DNA of 62,393 nt, counting the filler, from Stramenopiles sp. TOSAG23-3 (Eukaryota): the NCBI GenBank assembly GCA_900128585.1. It is 4 parts of 4 records of this genome, joined end to end, with 100 filler letters (N's around TTAATTAATTAA, not from the genome) between each part and the next. Parts side by side here need not be neighbours in the genome. Positions count along the whole stretch, not along the records: positions 1 to 29,034 come from LT642241.1; positions 29,135 to 57,960 come from LT642242.1; 2 more parts are not named here. The stretch is one strand, 5' to 3'. This document shows, piece after piece, positions 20,480-31,374 of the stretch. Positions within the stretch are counted from its first letter, which is position 1; the number at the start of each line of letters is the position of its first letter. The position numbers were made by a program, and so were the translations under genes. The notes under the pieces are model-generated. The model was not told the origin of the DNA. It searched no databases and saw nothing but the letters and a program-made list of their open reading frames with translations.

Positions 20480-23400
20480 ATGAGCGCCTCTCCCACTGCA
20501 GTAGTCGCTGCCACTGGTATAAAAATGTCAGAGTTTGACGAGCCCCTGCCGGACACGCTGTTGTACCGTAACGACAGTCTCTCCGTTGCGCAGCGAGACG
20601 CATCTAGGCGCAGTTTGGCTGACCTGATGAATCCCACGGCAGAGGTAGAAGCCGTCGAGGCGCTGACATCCCCCACTGCGGAGCCCAGCGCCGCGGTTGA
20701 GACCGCTACCAAGCTTGGCTGGTTCAATGGCGTCATGGTCCCTTGCCTGTTGAACATCTGGGGGGTCATCATGTTCCTTCGCCTTACCTGGGTTGTCGGC
20801 CAAGCGGGGATCATTTTGGCGGTTGCCATTATCACACTTTCAAACATTGTCACTACCATTACCGCGTTGTCCTTGTTTGCCATCGTTACGAACGGGGAAG
20901 TCAAAGGCGGTGGTGCATACTTCTTGATCTCCCGGGCCCTCGGCCCAACGTACGGCGGGGTCATTGGGCTCCTGTTCTTCTGTGCACAAGCGGTCGCAAC
21001 GTCAATGTATGTCATAGGGTTTTCTGACAGTATAATTGACATTATGAAGAAGGGGGATGCCACCCCTTTCACGGGGGATTTTGCAAACGACCAGAGAGTG
21101 ATAAGTACGATCACCATGGTTTTGCTGCTCGGAACTGCTTACGGGGGCGGAGCATCCGTGTACGCAAAAGCCATGATTTACCTTCTTGTAGTTTTGGTTT
21201 TGAGTTTGATTTCCTTGTTCGTCGGTGCCTTTCTTCCCGCCGTTCCAGATCTTGTGAAAAATGTTGGCTATGGTTTCGTTGGCTTCTCCCGAGTCATCCC
21301 GGACGAATTCCTTGCAAAGCTAGCAAACGGCACTGCATTTACCCCCGATGAAAATTCCGTTTGGATGCCTAATTTTACCACGGACCCAACCACGATGATG
21401 AGCCACAGCTTTTTCAGCGTGTTCGCCGTGTTCTTTCCCGCTGTGACTGGCATTATGGCCGGTGCGAATATGTCCGGTGACCTCAAGGAGCCTGGTTACG
21501 CAATCCCAACAGGAACTGTGAGGGCAATCGTTCTGACATATATTTCGTACTGCATTCTTGCGATGATCGCGGGCCTGGTTTGCCTCCGGTGCAGTGACCT
21601 GCCAGAAAATGTTGGGCGGTGCCCCAGTGGTGGGCTTGCCGATCCGACGTGGGCGGCCAACGCTTTTGCCAACAACGAAATACCACAAGGGGGGATGCTG
21701 TACTCTAAAATGATTGTAGAAAGTATTTCAGTCTGGGGGCCCTTGGTCTATGCTGGCGTTTTCGCGGCAACGCTGTCGTCTGCCCTTGCGTCAATTGTGG
21801 GGGCCCCACGAATTCTGCAGAGCGTCGCAGCTGATGAAATTTTCCCTTGGCCAGTCCTTACTTACTTTGCAAAAGGTAGTGGTCCAGGCAACGAACCCCT
21901 GAGAGGTTACGTGCTCTCTTTTGTTGTTGGTCTTGGGTGCTGCTTGGTCGGTCAGCTGGATGTGATTGCGCCAATTATATCGAACTTTTTTATGATTTCC
22001 TACGGAGTGACAAACTACGCGTGTTTTGCAGCTTCGTACTCGGAGAGTCCAGGCTGGCGCCCATCGTTCAAATACTACAACAAGTGGTTGAGCCTCTTTG
22101 GCGCGGTGCTGTGCGTCGTTGTCATGTTCTTGATGGACTGGGTGAATTCGTTGCTGTCGGGCTCGATCGGAATCTGCATATTTTTATATTTGCAGCACCT
22201 TGACCCAGAAACCCATTGGGGGCCAGCAGGAGAAGCTCGCAAGTATGTTGCCGCAGTCCGCTCAATGGAAACCCTACAAGGTATCAAACGAGACCACGTC
22301 AAAACCTATCGCCCTCAATTTCTCGTCATGTGCGGCACCCCAACTGATCGGATGTCTTTGATCAAATTTGCGACAATGATGCGCGCTGGCCATGGTGTAA
22401 ACGTGTATGGGAGTGTAATTGTTGAGCCAACGGTCGACCCTGAAAAAATAGACAGCGAAAGAATCAAAATGAAGCGTGACCAAATGGCTATCGTTGAAGA
22501 GTCGCGAAAATCCATGTACGCATTTTTCTACGAGAATCCGGAATTTCTACGAGAATCCGGTGTTGAGGCTAAAATTCGAGCATTCTGCGATGTCGTGTCC
22601 GCGCCAAATGTGCACGAAGGGTTCCTCCACCTGCTTCAGCTCGGTGGACTTGGGCGGCTGCGACCGAATGTTGTGCTGATGGGGTTCAAAAAGGATTGGA
22701 TGACAGCGTCGGCAAAATCTGTTTCAGAACATGAAAATATAATTGCCGATGCAATGTACCACAAGCGCGGGCTTCTAGTTCTTAGAGATAGAAAGAATGT
22801 GCTGAACAACCACGGCATCGTTAACAAAGAGAAGCTGGGAACTAAATCAAGCCCAAGCACAACAACGGAACCAAAGACATCTGACGATACAGAAGGGGGC
22901 ACAGTCCAGATCGAACAGGAACTCTCCATAATTGACGCATCGACTGGGGCAAACAACGCGTCGACGCATCGATCGGAAATCTTTGAGCTGAAGAAGAAAA
23001 AGAAAGTAGGGACGAAACGAATTGATATTTGGTACCTTGGCGATGATGGGGGTCTCACTGTACTTTTGCCTTACCTTATGCAGAAGGATTCTCGATGGAC
23101 AGGTGCGGAATTAAGAGTTTGCAACTTAACGCACTCAAGCGTGGAAGGAGGACAAACTGCCCGTTTGACCTACACCACAAGTCGAATGCTTCACCTTCTG
23201 AAAAAGTTTCGAATTCTCTCCGCAACAAATGTTGTTGATGCGCGTCTGTCGACATGGCCGATGGAGAAAACCATGCAAGAGTACCGCAGAATATGCAAAC
23301 AGTCTGGATGCAAGTGCGTATTACCAAACTCGATAGGGGACTCCGCGGAGGCGCCATCCATCAAGGCCCTCCGCATTTTGCGCTTTGCAGAAGTCTTAAG

Positions 23401-23566
23401 AACTGAATCTCGCGATGCTGACATGGTCTTTATTCAGTTGCCTGTTCCAGAAAAGGACATGAGTACCAAAGAGTACACGAGTTATCTCGAGATACTTTCT
23501 TCCCAAATGCCAATGACCTGCTTTATCCGTGGAAACAACGAGAACGTTATGACGATCTACGCTTAG
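20480..23566 (+). CDS. SLC12 cation-chloride cotransporter, NKCC/NCC-like
   Basis: KLGWFNGVMVPCLLNIWGVIMFLRLTWVVGQAG, GGAYFLISRALG, FFPAVTGIMAGANMSGDL, SPGWRPSFKYYN, DHVKTYRPQ, GLGRLRPN, IDIWYLGDDGGLTVLLPY, RGNNENV. First ATG at 20480. Confidence 0.95.
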   Translation: MSASPTAVVAATGIKMSEFDEPLPDTLLYRNDSLSVAQRDASRRSLADLMNPTAEVEAVEALTSPTAEPSAAVETATKLGWFNGVMVPCLLNIWGVIMFLRLTWVVGQAGIILAVAIITLSNIVTTITALSLFAIVTNGEVKGGGAYFLISRALGPTYGGVIGLLFFCAQAVATSMYVIGFSDSIIDIMKKGDATPFTGDFANDQRVISTITMVLLLGTAYGGGASVYAKAMIYLLVVLVLSLISLFVGAFLPAVPDLVKNVGYGFVGFSRVIPDEFLAKLANGTAFTPDENSVWMPNFTTDPTTMMSHSFFSVFAVFFPAVTGIMAGANMSGDLKEPGYAIPTGTVRAIVLTYISYCILAMIAGLVCLRCSDLPENVGRCPSGGLADPTWAANAFANNEIPQGGMLYSKMIVESISVWGPLVYAGVFAATLSSALASIVGAPRILQSVAADEIFPWPVLTYFAKGSGPGNEPLRGYVLSFVVGLGCCLVGQLDVIAPIISNFFMISYGVTNYACFAASYSESPGWRPSFKYYNKWLSLFGAVLCVVVMFLMDWVNSLLSGSIGICIFLYLQHLDPETHWGPAGEARKYVAAVRSMETLQGIKRDHVKTYRPQFLVMCGTPTDRMSLIKFATMMRAGHGVNVYGSVIVEPTVDPEKIDSERIKMKRDQMAIVEESRKSMYAFFYENPEFLRESGVEAKIRAFCDVVSAPNVHEGFLHLLQLGGLGRLRPNVVLMGFKKDWMTASAKSVSEHENIIADAMYHKRGLLVLRDRKNVLNNHGIVNKEKLGTKSSPSTTTEPKTSDDTEGGTVQIEQELSIIDASTGANNASTHRSEIFELKKKKKVGTKRIDIWYLGDDGGLTVLLPYLMQKDSRWTGAELRVCNLTHSSVEGGQTARLTYTTSRMLHLLKKFRILSATNVVDARLSTWPMEKTMQEYRRICKQSGCKCVLPNSIGDSAEAPSIKALRILRFAEVLRTESRDADMVFIQLPVPEKDMSTKEYTSYLEILSSQMPMTCFIRGNNENVMTIYA

Positions 23567-23761
23567 GGGTGAGAGGCATTGAGATTATAAGAGTTAATTG
23601 TGAAGAAAAGAGAAAACATCACACACATTCATTACACTAAATTTAAAAAATTTAGGATTAAAATTACTTCTCGTAACTCTCTTATTTAAGTGTCTTTTAA
23701 ACTGAATTAGGTTGGGGGTTTTTTCACTTAATCCCAATACGGTGGTTTAGTTTTTGTTTTT

Positions 23762-25792
23762 CTATTCTTGTTGTCGCGCTTCCACAAACGCTTGCTGCAC
23801 TCTAGATATTACATCCTTTTCTATCTTTGTATATTCCTCATTCCTCCCTGTTGTTAGTGCCAACATTTTTTCATCTTTTGTTTTCAGGGCTGTCTCCAAC
23901 TCGATTACTCTATTCGATCGGTCTAAAATTAAAGAATTCAACTGCTTTTTTTCCATGTCAAACTTAACCCTAGTCTGTTCCAACTCTTTATTCAAATCCT
24001 CTTTGGCGTTTTCCAAAATTTTTCCCTGGGTTACTTTGTTTTTTTGTGCCTCTTCAAGGTCGTTCTTTAGTTTTTGGATTTCTGTTTCGTGGCACTCCTT
24101 GTCTTTTATTGCTGCTTCCTGTTCTGCTTTACGTTGTTTTCCCGTTTCTATCTCGCTGCTCAGTTGCTCTTGCAGAGAGGCCAGTTGTTCTGCTGCTCTT
24201 CCCTGTGCTGATGCGAATCTTTGGGCATCTTCGCTGTTTCTTGTCTGCTGTCTTTCGTGAGACAGCTCCAGGGCCTTCAGCTGGGCTTCCAGCTGTTTCA
24301 TAGCAGATCCAATTGTAGATTCGCATTCGTTTCGCACTCTCTCTTCGGTAGCTTCTAGCTCTTTCTGGTGCTGTAACTTCGTGCTCAGTGTCTCCGCCTT
24401 TAGTTTGTTCAACTCCAACTCGATAGAATCGTACTTTGTCGCCATTTTAGAGCGGCGTTCTTCCGCATGAGCTCGCCCCTCGTCCGCAACGGAAAGCTGA
24501 AGGTTCAATGCTTCTCGCTCTTGCTGCCTTGCCTCCGCAACGGCTTCTGCCCTTTTGTCTTCCAATGATGTCAGACTATCTTTTTGTTTGATAATTTCAG
24601 CATGCAGTTCTTTTGCCTGGTTTTCCAGGGAAGATTTTGCGGCCTTCAGGCGGTTTACTTCTGCCTTCGAGTCCTCCAGCTTCGATTCAGCAAAGCGGGT
24701 CTTTTCCTCCAGCTCCATGGAGGAGCTTTTGTGCTTCATATCTGCCTGTTGCAATTTTTCTTTCTCTTTCCTTAATTCTTGTTGAGTATTTTCTAAGTTT
24801 CCAGTTATTTCTGTCGCCAAATTTTGCAGCTTTGTACTGTTTTCTACGTGCAAAGTTTTTTCCCGCTCCAGCTGTTCTAACGCGTCCTCCAAGGCACTGC
24901 GGCATCTCGAATGGGCCCTACTTTCTGCATCAAACTTCATGCCTATTTCCCGTGCTTTAGATCGCTCCACGTTCAGCAAATCCTCCAAATTGCGAATGCA
25001 TAGAATTGCCCCTTCTAGACTGTTGGGGATCGCCATGATTTCGTTTCTTCCCGCAGGTGCAGCTGCAGGCTGTTGGCTTGCCCATTGGCCTGTCTTCTCG
25101 CTGACCGAGGAGGTGATCATTCCCCCTGACGCAAGCGGTGCCGCCCTAGGCTTTGAACTATCAGCGGCCGCTGACATGAGCAAGTCGTTCTTCTGTTCCT
25201 CCTTGGACTGGTTTCGAGACAACACGCGCTGAATTCTTTGCAAAGATTCGTCCGTTGCGCCATTTCCACTTATTGCCAAGTGGATTAATGTCCGGTTCTC
25301 TTCCAAGGCGGAGGCCAAGGCCCTCGATCCGGACGTCCCCATATCGTTCCAGCGTAAGTCAAGACGAAGGAGAGACTTGTTGGAACGAATTGCCGAGGCT
25401 ATCTGTACTGCACCGTCGGGTCCGATGCGATTGTTCCGCAAGTCTAAGTAGTGAAGAGATTCGTGAGTGGATATGGCTTCGGAGAGTGCCCTCACTCCGT
25501 CAGGGAACACCCCTGTGCTGTTCCACTCAAGCGACAGGCTGCGGATTGACCTTGAGTTTGCGACGGCGTTCGCTATGACAACCGCTGAGTTTCCCCGCAA
25601 TTGGTTGCCTCTAAGGTCTACCGATGTAAGACTCTTATTTGTCGAAATGTGCCTTGCAATTGCTTCGCATTGCGTCTCGTCTAAACAACTATCAACTAAT
25701 ACTAGACTATCTGAACCCGCATTTTGGAGGGCCTCCAACGTGTTCGATATACGCCCAGAACGAGGGTGTGCCACTCGAGTCGAATCGCTCAT
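23762..25792 (-). CDS. LRRC45: LRRC45-like centrosomal LRR and coiled-coil protein
   Basis: LRR series VDLRGNQL, LSLEWNSTG, LDLRNNRIG, LDLRWNDMG, LAISGN matches my recollection of LRRC45, followed by a ~400-aa coiled coil. First ATG at 25792. Confidence 0.8.
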   Translation of the reverse strand: MSDSTRVAHPRSGRISNTLEALQNAGSDSLVLVDSCLDETQCEAIARHISTNKSLTSVDLRGNQLRGNSAVVIANAVANSRSIRSLSLEWNSTGVFPDGVRALSEAISTHESLHYLDLRNNRIGPDGAVQIASAIRSNKSLLRLDLRWNDMGTSGSRALASALEENRTLIHLAISGNGATDESLQRIQRVLSRNQSKEEQKNDLLMSAAADSSKPRAAPLASGGMITSSVSEKTGQWASQQPAAAPAGRNEIMAIPNSLEGAILCIRNLEDLLNVERSKAREIGMKFDAESRAHSRCRSALEDALEQLEREKTLHVENSTKLQNLATEITGNLENTQQELRKEKEKLQQADMKHKSSSMELEEKTRFAESKLEDSKAEVNRLKAAKSSLENQAKELHAEIIKQKDSLTSLEDKRAEAVAEARQQEREALNLQLSVADEGRAHAEERRSKMATKYDSIELELNKLKAETLSTKLQHQKELEATEERVRNECESTIGSAMKQLEAQLKALELSHERQQTRNSEDAQRFASAQGRAAEQLASLQEQLSSEIETGKQRKAEQEAAIKDKECHETEIQKLKNDLEEAQKNKVTQGKILENAKEDLNKELEQTRVKFDMEKKQLNSLILDRSNRVIELETALKTKDEKMLALTTGRNEEYTKIEKDVISRVQQAFVEARQQE

Positions 25793-26472
25793 AGTATAAA
25801 ACAACAAGGTCTATATTGTCAATGTTCCTTACGTTCCTTTTTTGTTATACAATTTTCTCTGGCTATTAGAAACTCTGGCAGCGGAAACAGCACTGAAATA
25901 TTTATCACACTCAGATATGAATGACTTAAATTAGATAACAATAGTTTTGTTTTTCTTCATTACTTGAACAACCGAGACCGACACGACAGACAGATGCATT
26001 ATATTGTATGTTATTATTATTATTTTTTTGTCGGCGTCGTGCCGCCGCGGCACCAGGTTGTAGTAGGGATTATCTATTATTATATTATATTTATACCCAC
26101 CTTTGCATTTTTCATTTTTTTTAATAAAATATGAACCTAAATAATAAATAGTCGTCTCCTTGACTCCTTGAGTAATTTTTCCAAAAAATAAGCTTCGCTA
26201 ATATCATATTATACTAAAAATAATAGTAATAATAAATAATTTTTATGATCCTCCTCCTATTGGCATCTAAATCCCTCCAATTCTCTAACGTTCTTCTTCT
26301 AAAATAGCTTCTACTTATTATTATTTTAGTCTACGTATACGATAATACTCCTCGTAGACGACTTGTTTTATTAAAAATTGTTATATTTTTTGGGTACGAG
26401 ACTCGTACTCGTAGACGACTTGTCTTGGTTTTACGCGTAGTTCCCTATTTCCAAACTATTTAATTTGCATTT

Positions 26473-26545
26473 NNNNNNNNNNNNNNNNNNNNNNNNNNNN
26501 NNNNNNNNNNNNNNNNNNNNNNNNNNNNNNNNNNNNNNNNNNNNN
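26473..26545. other. Assembly gap (73 N)
   Basis: Run of N without a linker. Confidence 0.99.
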
Positions 26546-26843
26546 TAGAGTGCCTTCCTCCTCTTCTTTTTCTTCTTTTTTTTTTTCTTTCTTCGTCGTC
26601 GTGTTCTCTTCTTTCTTCTTCTTCTCTCTCATCATTGATTTTTTATTTGAAGTACCGATAGTGAGTTTTCTTCTTTTACTTAGTCCACTTAGACTAAGTA
26701 TTGAAATTTTTGATTACGGAAAAGAGAGAGGAAATATTAATGAATTTTTAATTGAAAGCCTTTTTGAAATAGAACCAGTCTTCTTGCTTCAACTTGAATA
26801 ACGTTTGCGTTGGTGTTTTAGGACTAGGACTGAGTTTCTCGAA

Positions 26844-27410
26844 ATGCATATCGATGAGTGTACAAAGTTCCTTGAAAAGGCAAGGAAAAGTGCAAAGGCA
26901 AAAGAGCTTTTGAAGTTTTTGAACGCGGCGGATACGGGAGGGGACGGTGTTAAGCTACTGTGCAGGAAATGCCCGAATGAAGGGCCCCAGAAATTTGCAA
27001 AGGCGTACTTTGCGTCTCCACCCCATGAAATGGTGGTATGCCATAATAGAGTAAAAACGATAGAGCAAATAGAAAAATCAGTCATACACGAAATGATCCA
27101 CGCTGTGGACTACGTTGCGCGAGACATGAACCTGTTGGAGTGCAAGATGCTTGCGTGCAGTGAAATTCGGGCTGCGAGGGGTGCAGAGTGTGCGTCAGAG
27201 TACTTGACCAAAGCGGAACTTCTTCTTAGAAATTTTGATATATTTCGAGGGAAAAGCCTCATGGAAGAGTGTGTGCAAGACCAGGCGCGCAGGGCAACCG
27301 AAACTATGTTTCCAGAAACCGGGAGAGATACTGTCGATGAAATGATGGGGCAATGCTTCGCGGACCATACTGGATTTGACGTGCACGTTGAACGGCAAGA
27401 TTCAGTCTAG
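26844..27410 (+). CDS. ATP23: Mitochondrial inner membrane metalloprotease ATP23 (peptidase M76)
   Basis: VVCHN, HEMIHAVD (HExxH), LACSEIRAA, ECV..A, CFADH. First ATG at 26844. Confidence 0.9.
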   Translation: MHIDECTKFLEKARKSAKAKELLKFLNAADTGGDGVKLLCRKCPNEGPQKFAKAYFASPPHEMVVCHNRVKTIEQIEKSVIHEMIHAVDYVARDMNLLECKMLACSEIRAARGAECASEYLTKAELLLRNFDIFRGKSLMEECVQDQARRATETMFPETGRDTVDEMMGQCFADHTGFDVHVERQDSV

Positions 27411-27591
27411 GTCGTCCCGGCGAAATCATTCGTGGTATGTATATAAAGCAGCGAATAAAATTGTCAATAAAACTGAACTGGTTGAACGCACGCCCTTATT
27501 TTGTTTTTTATAGAATGCACTCTAATTAAGAGGGAGAGAAAAAATTAACCTGAATGGTTTAAACATCAAATTAACCTTGACTGGTTAAACG

Positions 27592-27615
27592 AAAAAACAA
27601 GAAAATTGGCTGTTT
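27592..27615. repeat. Reverse copy of dispersed CAGCCAATTTTCTTG motif
   Basis: aaaaaacaagaaaattggctgttt in the convergent ATP23/IQ spacer. Confidence 0.85.
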
Positions 27616-27730
27616 AACATCAAATTGACACACATTTACTCTCTTATAATTTAGATGAACTGAATTAGGTTTTTTTATAAGAGCAGCGTAAATTACAGTC
27701 TACCTTGAAATGCACCCCTCTCAACTCCCA

Positions 27731-29034
27731 CTACATGTCTTCTTCATCAGACTCAGACTCAGATTCAGAGTCGGGATCCTCACGTACCCGCATTCTGCCT
27801 TGAATGTTTTCAGCCTGCTGTTCCAACAAAACGCGTCGGGCGCGACGTTGAGATTCCATTCGGGCTCGGGCGGCTTTCCCACGCTGTAATTTCTGGATAC
27901 TGATTGCAGCATCTTTCTCTTTCTGATCTTGGATCTTCTTCCGTCTGAATTCTTTGGCACGCTTTCGGCCAACTCTGCCTCGGGCTGCCGCCTGTATTTT
28001 CGCGGTGGCGGCCTCTTCGAGGGCTGCTCGCTCCGCATCTTCCAGGGCCCTTCGTTCTGCGGCTTCTTGCGCAGCCTCGACCCTTCGTTTGTCCTCTTCG
28101 GACGCTGCGAACATTTCTTTCTGCAGGTTCTTTGCTTCCTCCGCCTGTTGCGCAGCTAAAGACTCCTGCCGAGAGTACAAGCGGTCTTTGTACGCCTTCC
28201 TCCCTAATTTTCCCCGCTGGATCGCCTGGATCTTCAAGGCCGCTTCGTTCTCCTTCTTGTCCTGCCGCTTGGTTTCGACCTTCTTCCGGGCAGTTCGAGC
28301 GCGTGCGCTCTTCTGGATTGCCAACGCGGCGGAATTTTCCCGCTTCTTTTGCACCTTGGCCTGGTACCGCTGCCTGCCCTTTCTTCCGCGAGCGGCCGCC
28401 TGAATCTTCAGTGCCGATGCTTGCTCGTGCTGCCGCCTGCGGGCGTCCCGTCTATTTGTCACCTGTTTCTTAGCTAATTTCGCGCGCATGGCACTCTGCA
28501 TCTTCACCGCCGCCAACTCTTGCTCCTTCAGGAGCCTTGCCAGTTCCTCTGCGGCCTTCTTTTTGTCCTCATTCTTCTGCTTGAACGTCCTCCTACCTCG
28601 ACGTCCCCGGGCAATTGCCTGTATGCGCAGCGCGGCCTTCTCCTTTTCAACCCGTTCTAACTGTTTCTTCTCCATGTTGGCGCGCATCAACGTTTGAATC
28701 TTGACTGCCGCGTTGTCCTCTACTTGAATATTCTTCAGCCGGATGCTGTAAACTCGCGCGTACGACCGTCCGAACCACCCGCGGGCTCGCCGCTGGACGA
28801 CGATGGCTGCGAAATTTCGCTTCGCCATTATTCTTTTCTGTACAAACATTCTGGCCATGAACCCCCTCGCGATTTGCTGTATTTTCACGGAGGCTCGCCG
28901 CTTCTCCTCCTCCGTTTTTCGCCGCTTCAACGTGCGAAAGGCGCGGCGGCCCAAGAACCCCCTAGCGAGCCTCTGGATTTGCTTCACGGCTCTCTTTTCT
29001 ATTTGTTTCCGCTCCCTTCGTTCCTTCTTCCCTT
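27731..29034 (-). CDS. Multi-IQ calmodulin-binding repeat protein (5'-truncated by gap)
   Basis: More than ten IQ motifs (IQRLARGFLGR, IQQIARGFMAR, IQAIARGRRGR, IQAAARGRKGR and others); frame stays open from 28987 up to the gap. Confidence 0.9.
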
Positions 29035-29134
29035 NNNNNNNNNNNNNNNNNNNNNNNNNNNNNNNNNNNNNNNNNNNNTTAATTAATTAANNNNNNNNNN
29101 NNNNNNNNNNNNNNNNNNNNNNNNNNNNNNNNNN
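29035..29134. other. Assembly gap with artificial TTAATTAATTAA six-frame stop linker
   Basis: N44-TTAATTAATTAA-N44. Confidence 0.97.
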
Positions 29135-29865
29135 TTTTCCCCTTTTTTTTTCCATTTTCCAAATTTTCTTCCTTTTTTTTACATCATCCTCGTTTTTTTG
29201 ATATATTGTAGTTCTATGTGTGACCTACTGTATTATAATATCTAACCATGTATATAGGTACTTGAGGTATTATTATACCATATAATAAATAGGATAGAAC
29301 ATAGAACTAAAAAAAATGAGGACATGATGGATTAAAAACTATCGTGAATTTTATATAAAAAGAGGGGGAGGAAAGAAGGAATCGAAGAAGGAAGAAAACA
29401 AAAATGGAAAGATGATTCGTTAAGGATATAGATATAGATATTTCATCTTTCTTTATATCCTGAATGGTAGAACTAACTCTACGAAAGTGATTCAAATGTT
29501 AAGAATATTGATATTAGTAGTTACAAATGCCTTAATAGTTAAAAGCGACCGTAGTACCAAATGGATCATCTGATTTGTATTGTTTATTTGTATATTCTTT
29601 CCCTCCTATTTAATCGTAACTACTTGCTATTGTATTATATTAATAACAGCAGCAGTCATCATCGCCACAGCCGACATTTGTAACCATAAGGCCACACACA
29701 CCTTTTAAACATTCCACTCAAGCGTCGAGTGTTCCGCTCGTGCGCGTTCCCCGTCGGTTCTTCCTTCCCTGAAAAAGAAGTGTCCAGTCTCCCTTCTGAA
29801 GGATAAAGTCTGCTCCCATAAAGCTTAGTACGATTAAACATATCAACTACACGACGATACCAAAC

Positions 29866-31212
29866 ATGAAAATCCAGTTCATCCTTTTCGCCGCTCTCGT
29901 AGCGTTCGCCGCAGCCCAAGAGGCCACTGGTGCAGAAGAACCTGCCCAGCCAACCATCAATGACGACGCCAAGGCCGGCGCTGACGAAGAAGCCGACAAG
30001 CGCGTCATGGCCGCCGTTACGACGACCAACACAGCCATCGCCGCCACCGAAAAGAAAGTTGTAGAAGAAAAGACTGCTTGTGAAAACGAAGTGAAAGGCA
30101 CCGACGCATGGTTGGCCTTGATCGATGAAAAGAAGCTCGCAGCCATGCGTGCCCGCCGCATCCGGGACAAGAAGAACTTGCTGGAAGCGATCAAAGAGCG
30201 CGTCACTGTAATGAAAGACTACCTGAAGAAGCTTCAGCTGGCCCGCAACAAGCTCGTCGGCGTCATCGGCCGCGTAAACACCATTTACGGCGCGTCCTAC
30301 GACGAGGCCATCTCCACCCAAAAGTCTGCCGCCCGCATCATGACCCTTCTTGGCCTCTCCATTGGCCACAAGTACAACCCAGGGAGCGAGTTCAGCAAGA
30401 TCAAACTTCCCCGCGAGGACGCTGAAGAAGCGAACACGGACGACAAAGACTTGGATAAGGACTCCCAGAAGGCCGTTGCCGTGGAAAAGTCCGAAACCAA
30501 GGAAGAAGAGACCGGCGACGCCATCGATTGCCCGGACTGCCAAAAGAAGGACGTGAAAGAGGCCGCCGACGTCTCCCTCATGGAGTTGGAAGCCCAGGTG
30601 CACGAGCAGGTGGCCCGCTGCAAAGGTGAGTACTGCGAGACCGCATACCACGCCGCGTTCGACCTTTACAAAGGCGCCCACCTGAACGCCCAAGCCGACT
30701 TCAAGAACTTCCAGTCCGACAAGAAGATCTTGGTCAACTTCCGCACCGTAGTTTCGAAACTAATCACCCGCAAGGAGGGACGCTTGGCGAACTTGACCAA
30801 GCAGGCCGACGCCTTGGAAGAGGCCCTTGCAAAGGCCGAGGGCGAGGGCAAAGGCCCGCTCATGAAGATCATCGATGAGATCGAGGTCCACAAAGCCAAC
30901 ATCATCGCCTCTTGCAAGGTTATGGGCGGCCGATCCAAGGAAATGATCGCCGAGCTAGAAGCCCTCAAGAGTTGCGCAGAGGGCAAAGCTTGCGGCGCGA
31001 GCGACAGCAAGTCCGAACTTGACTCGAAGAAAGTCGCCCCGGCGACCACCTCGGACAAGGCGGGGGAGACCGAGGCCGCTGTCAAAGCCGCGACCGGCGC
31101 CGAGGAAGAGAAGAAGTCTGCTGCCACCGGGGCCGAAGAATCCGCCGCCAGCGGAGCCGGGGAGCTTAATGCCGCCTTCGACACCGATGTCGAGGCCACG
31201 AAGAAGGATTAA
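29866..31212 (+). CDS. Secreted coiled-coil protein with ATGA/ASGA motifs, probably highly expressed
   Basis: Signal peptide MKIQFILFAALVAFAAA; long heptad helices; CPDC and CKGEYC; ATGAEE at both ends; strong C/G-ending codon bias. Confidence 0.85.
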   Translation: MKIQFILFAALVAFAAAQEATGAEEPAQPTINDDAKAGADEEADKRVMAAVTTTNTAIAATEKKVVEEKTACENEVKGTDAWLALIDEKKLAAMRARRIRDKKNLLEAIKERVTVMKDYLKKLQLARNKLVGVIGRVNTIYGASYDEAISTQKSAARIMTLLGLSIGHKYNPGSEFSKIKLPREDAEEANTDDKDLDKDSQKAVAVEKSETKEEETGDAIDCPDCQKKDVKEAADVSLMELEAQVHEQVARCKGEYCETAYHAAFDLYKGAHLNAQADFKNFQSDKKILVNFRTVVSKLITRKEGRLANLTKQADALEEALAKAEGEGKGPLMKIIDEIEVHKANIIASCKVMGGRSKEMIAELEALKSCAEGKACGASDSKSELDSKKVAPATTSDKAGETEAAVKAATGAEEEKKSAATGAEESAASGAGELNAAFDTDVEATKKD

Positions 31213-31374
31213 GCGGGACGCGAAAGAGTGAATTTCTAAAATTCTTAAAGTTTTTAAAACAAAATAATGTTTTATAAAAACTTGAAGTTAAACTGCTGTA
31301 CTCTTGCCACAAAACGAACCCTTACATTGTTGGTTTTGGGTCTTCTTGAAATATACTGTCTTCCAGCGCCTTTC

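Noticed and set aside
26351-26423. 16-bp direct repeat ctcgtagacgacttgt; also ttacggctt three times near 19832-19865
   Set aside because: Local duplications with no further full copies seen; no function can be supported.
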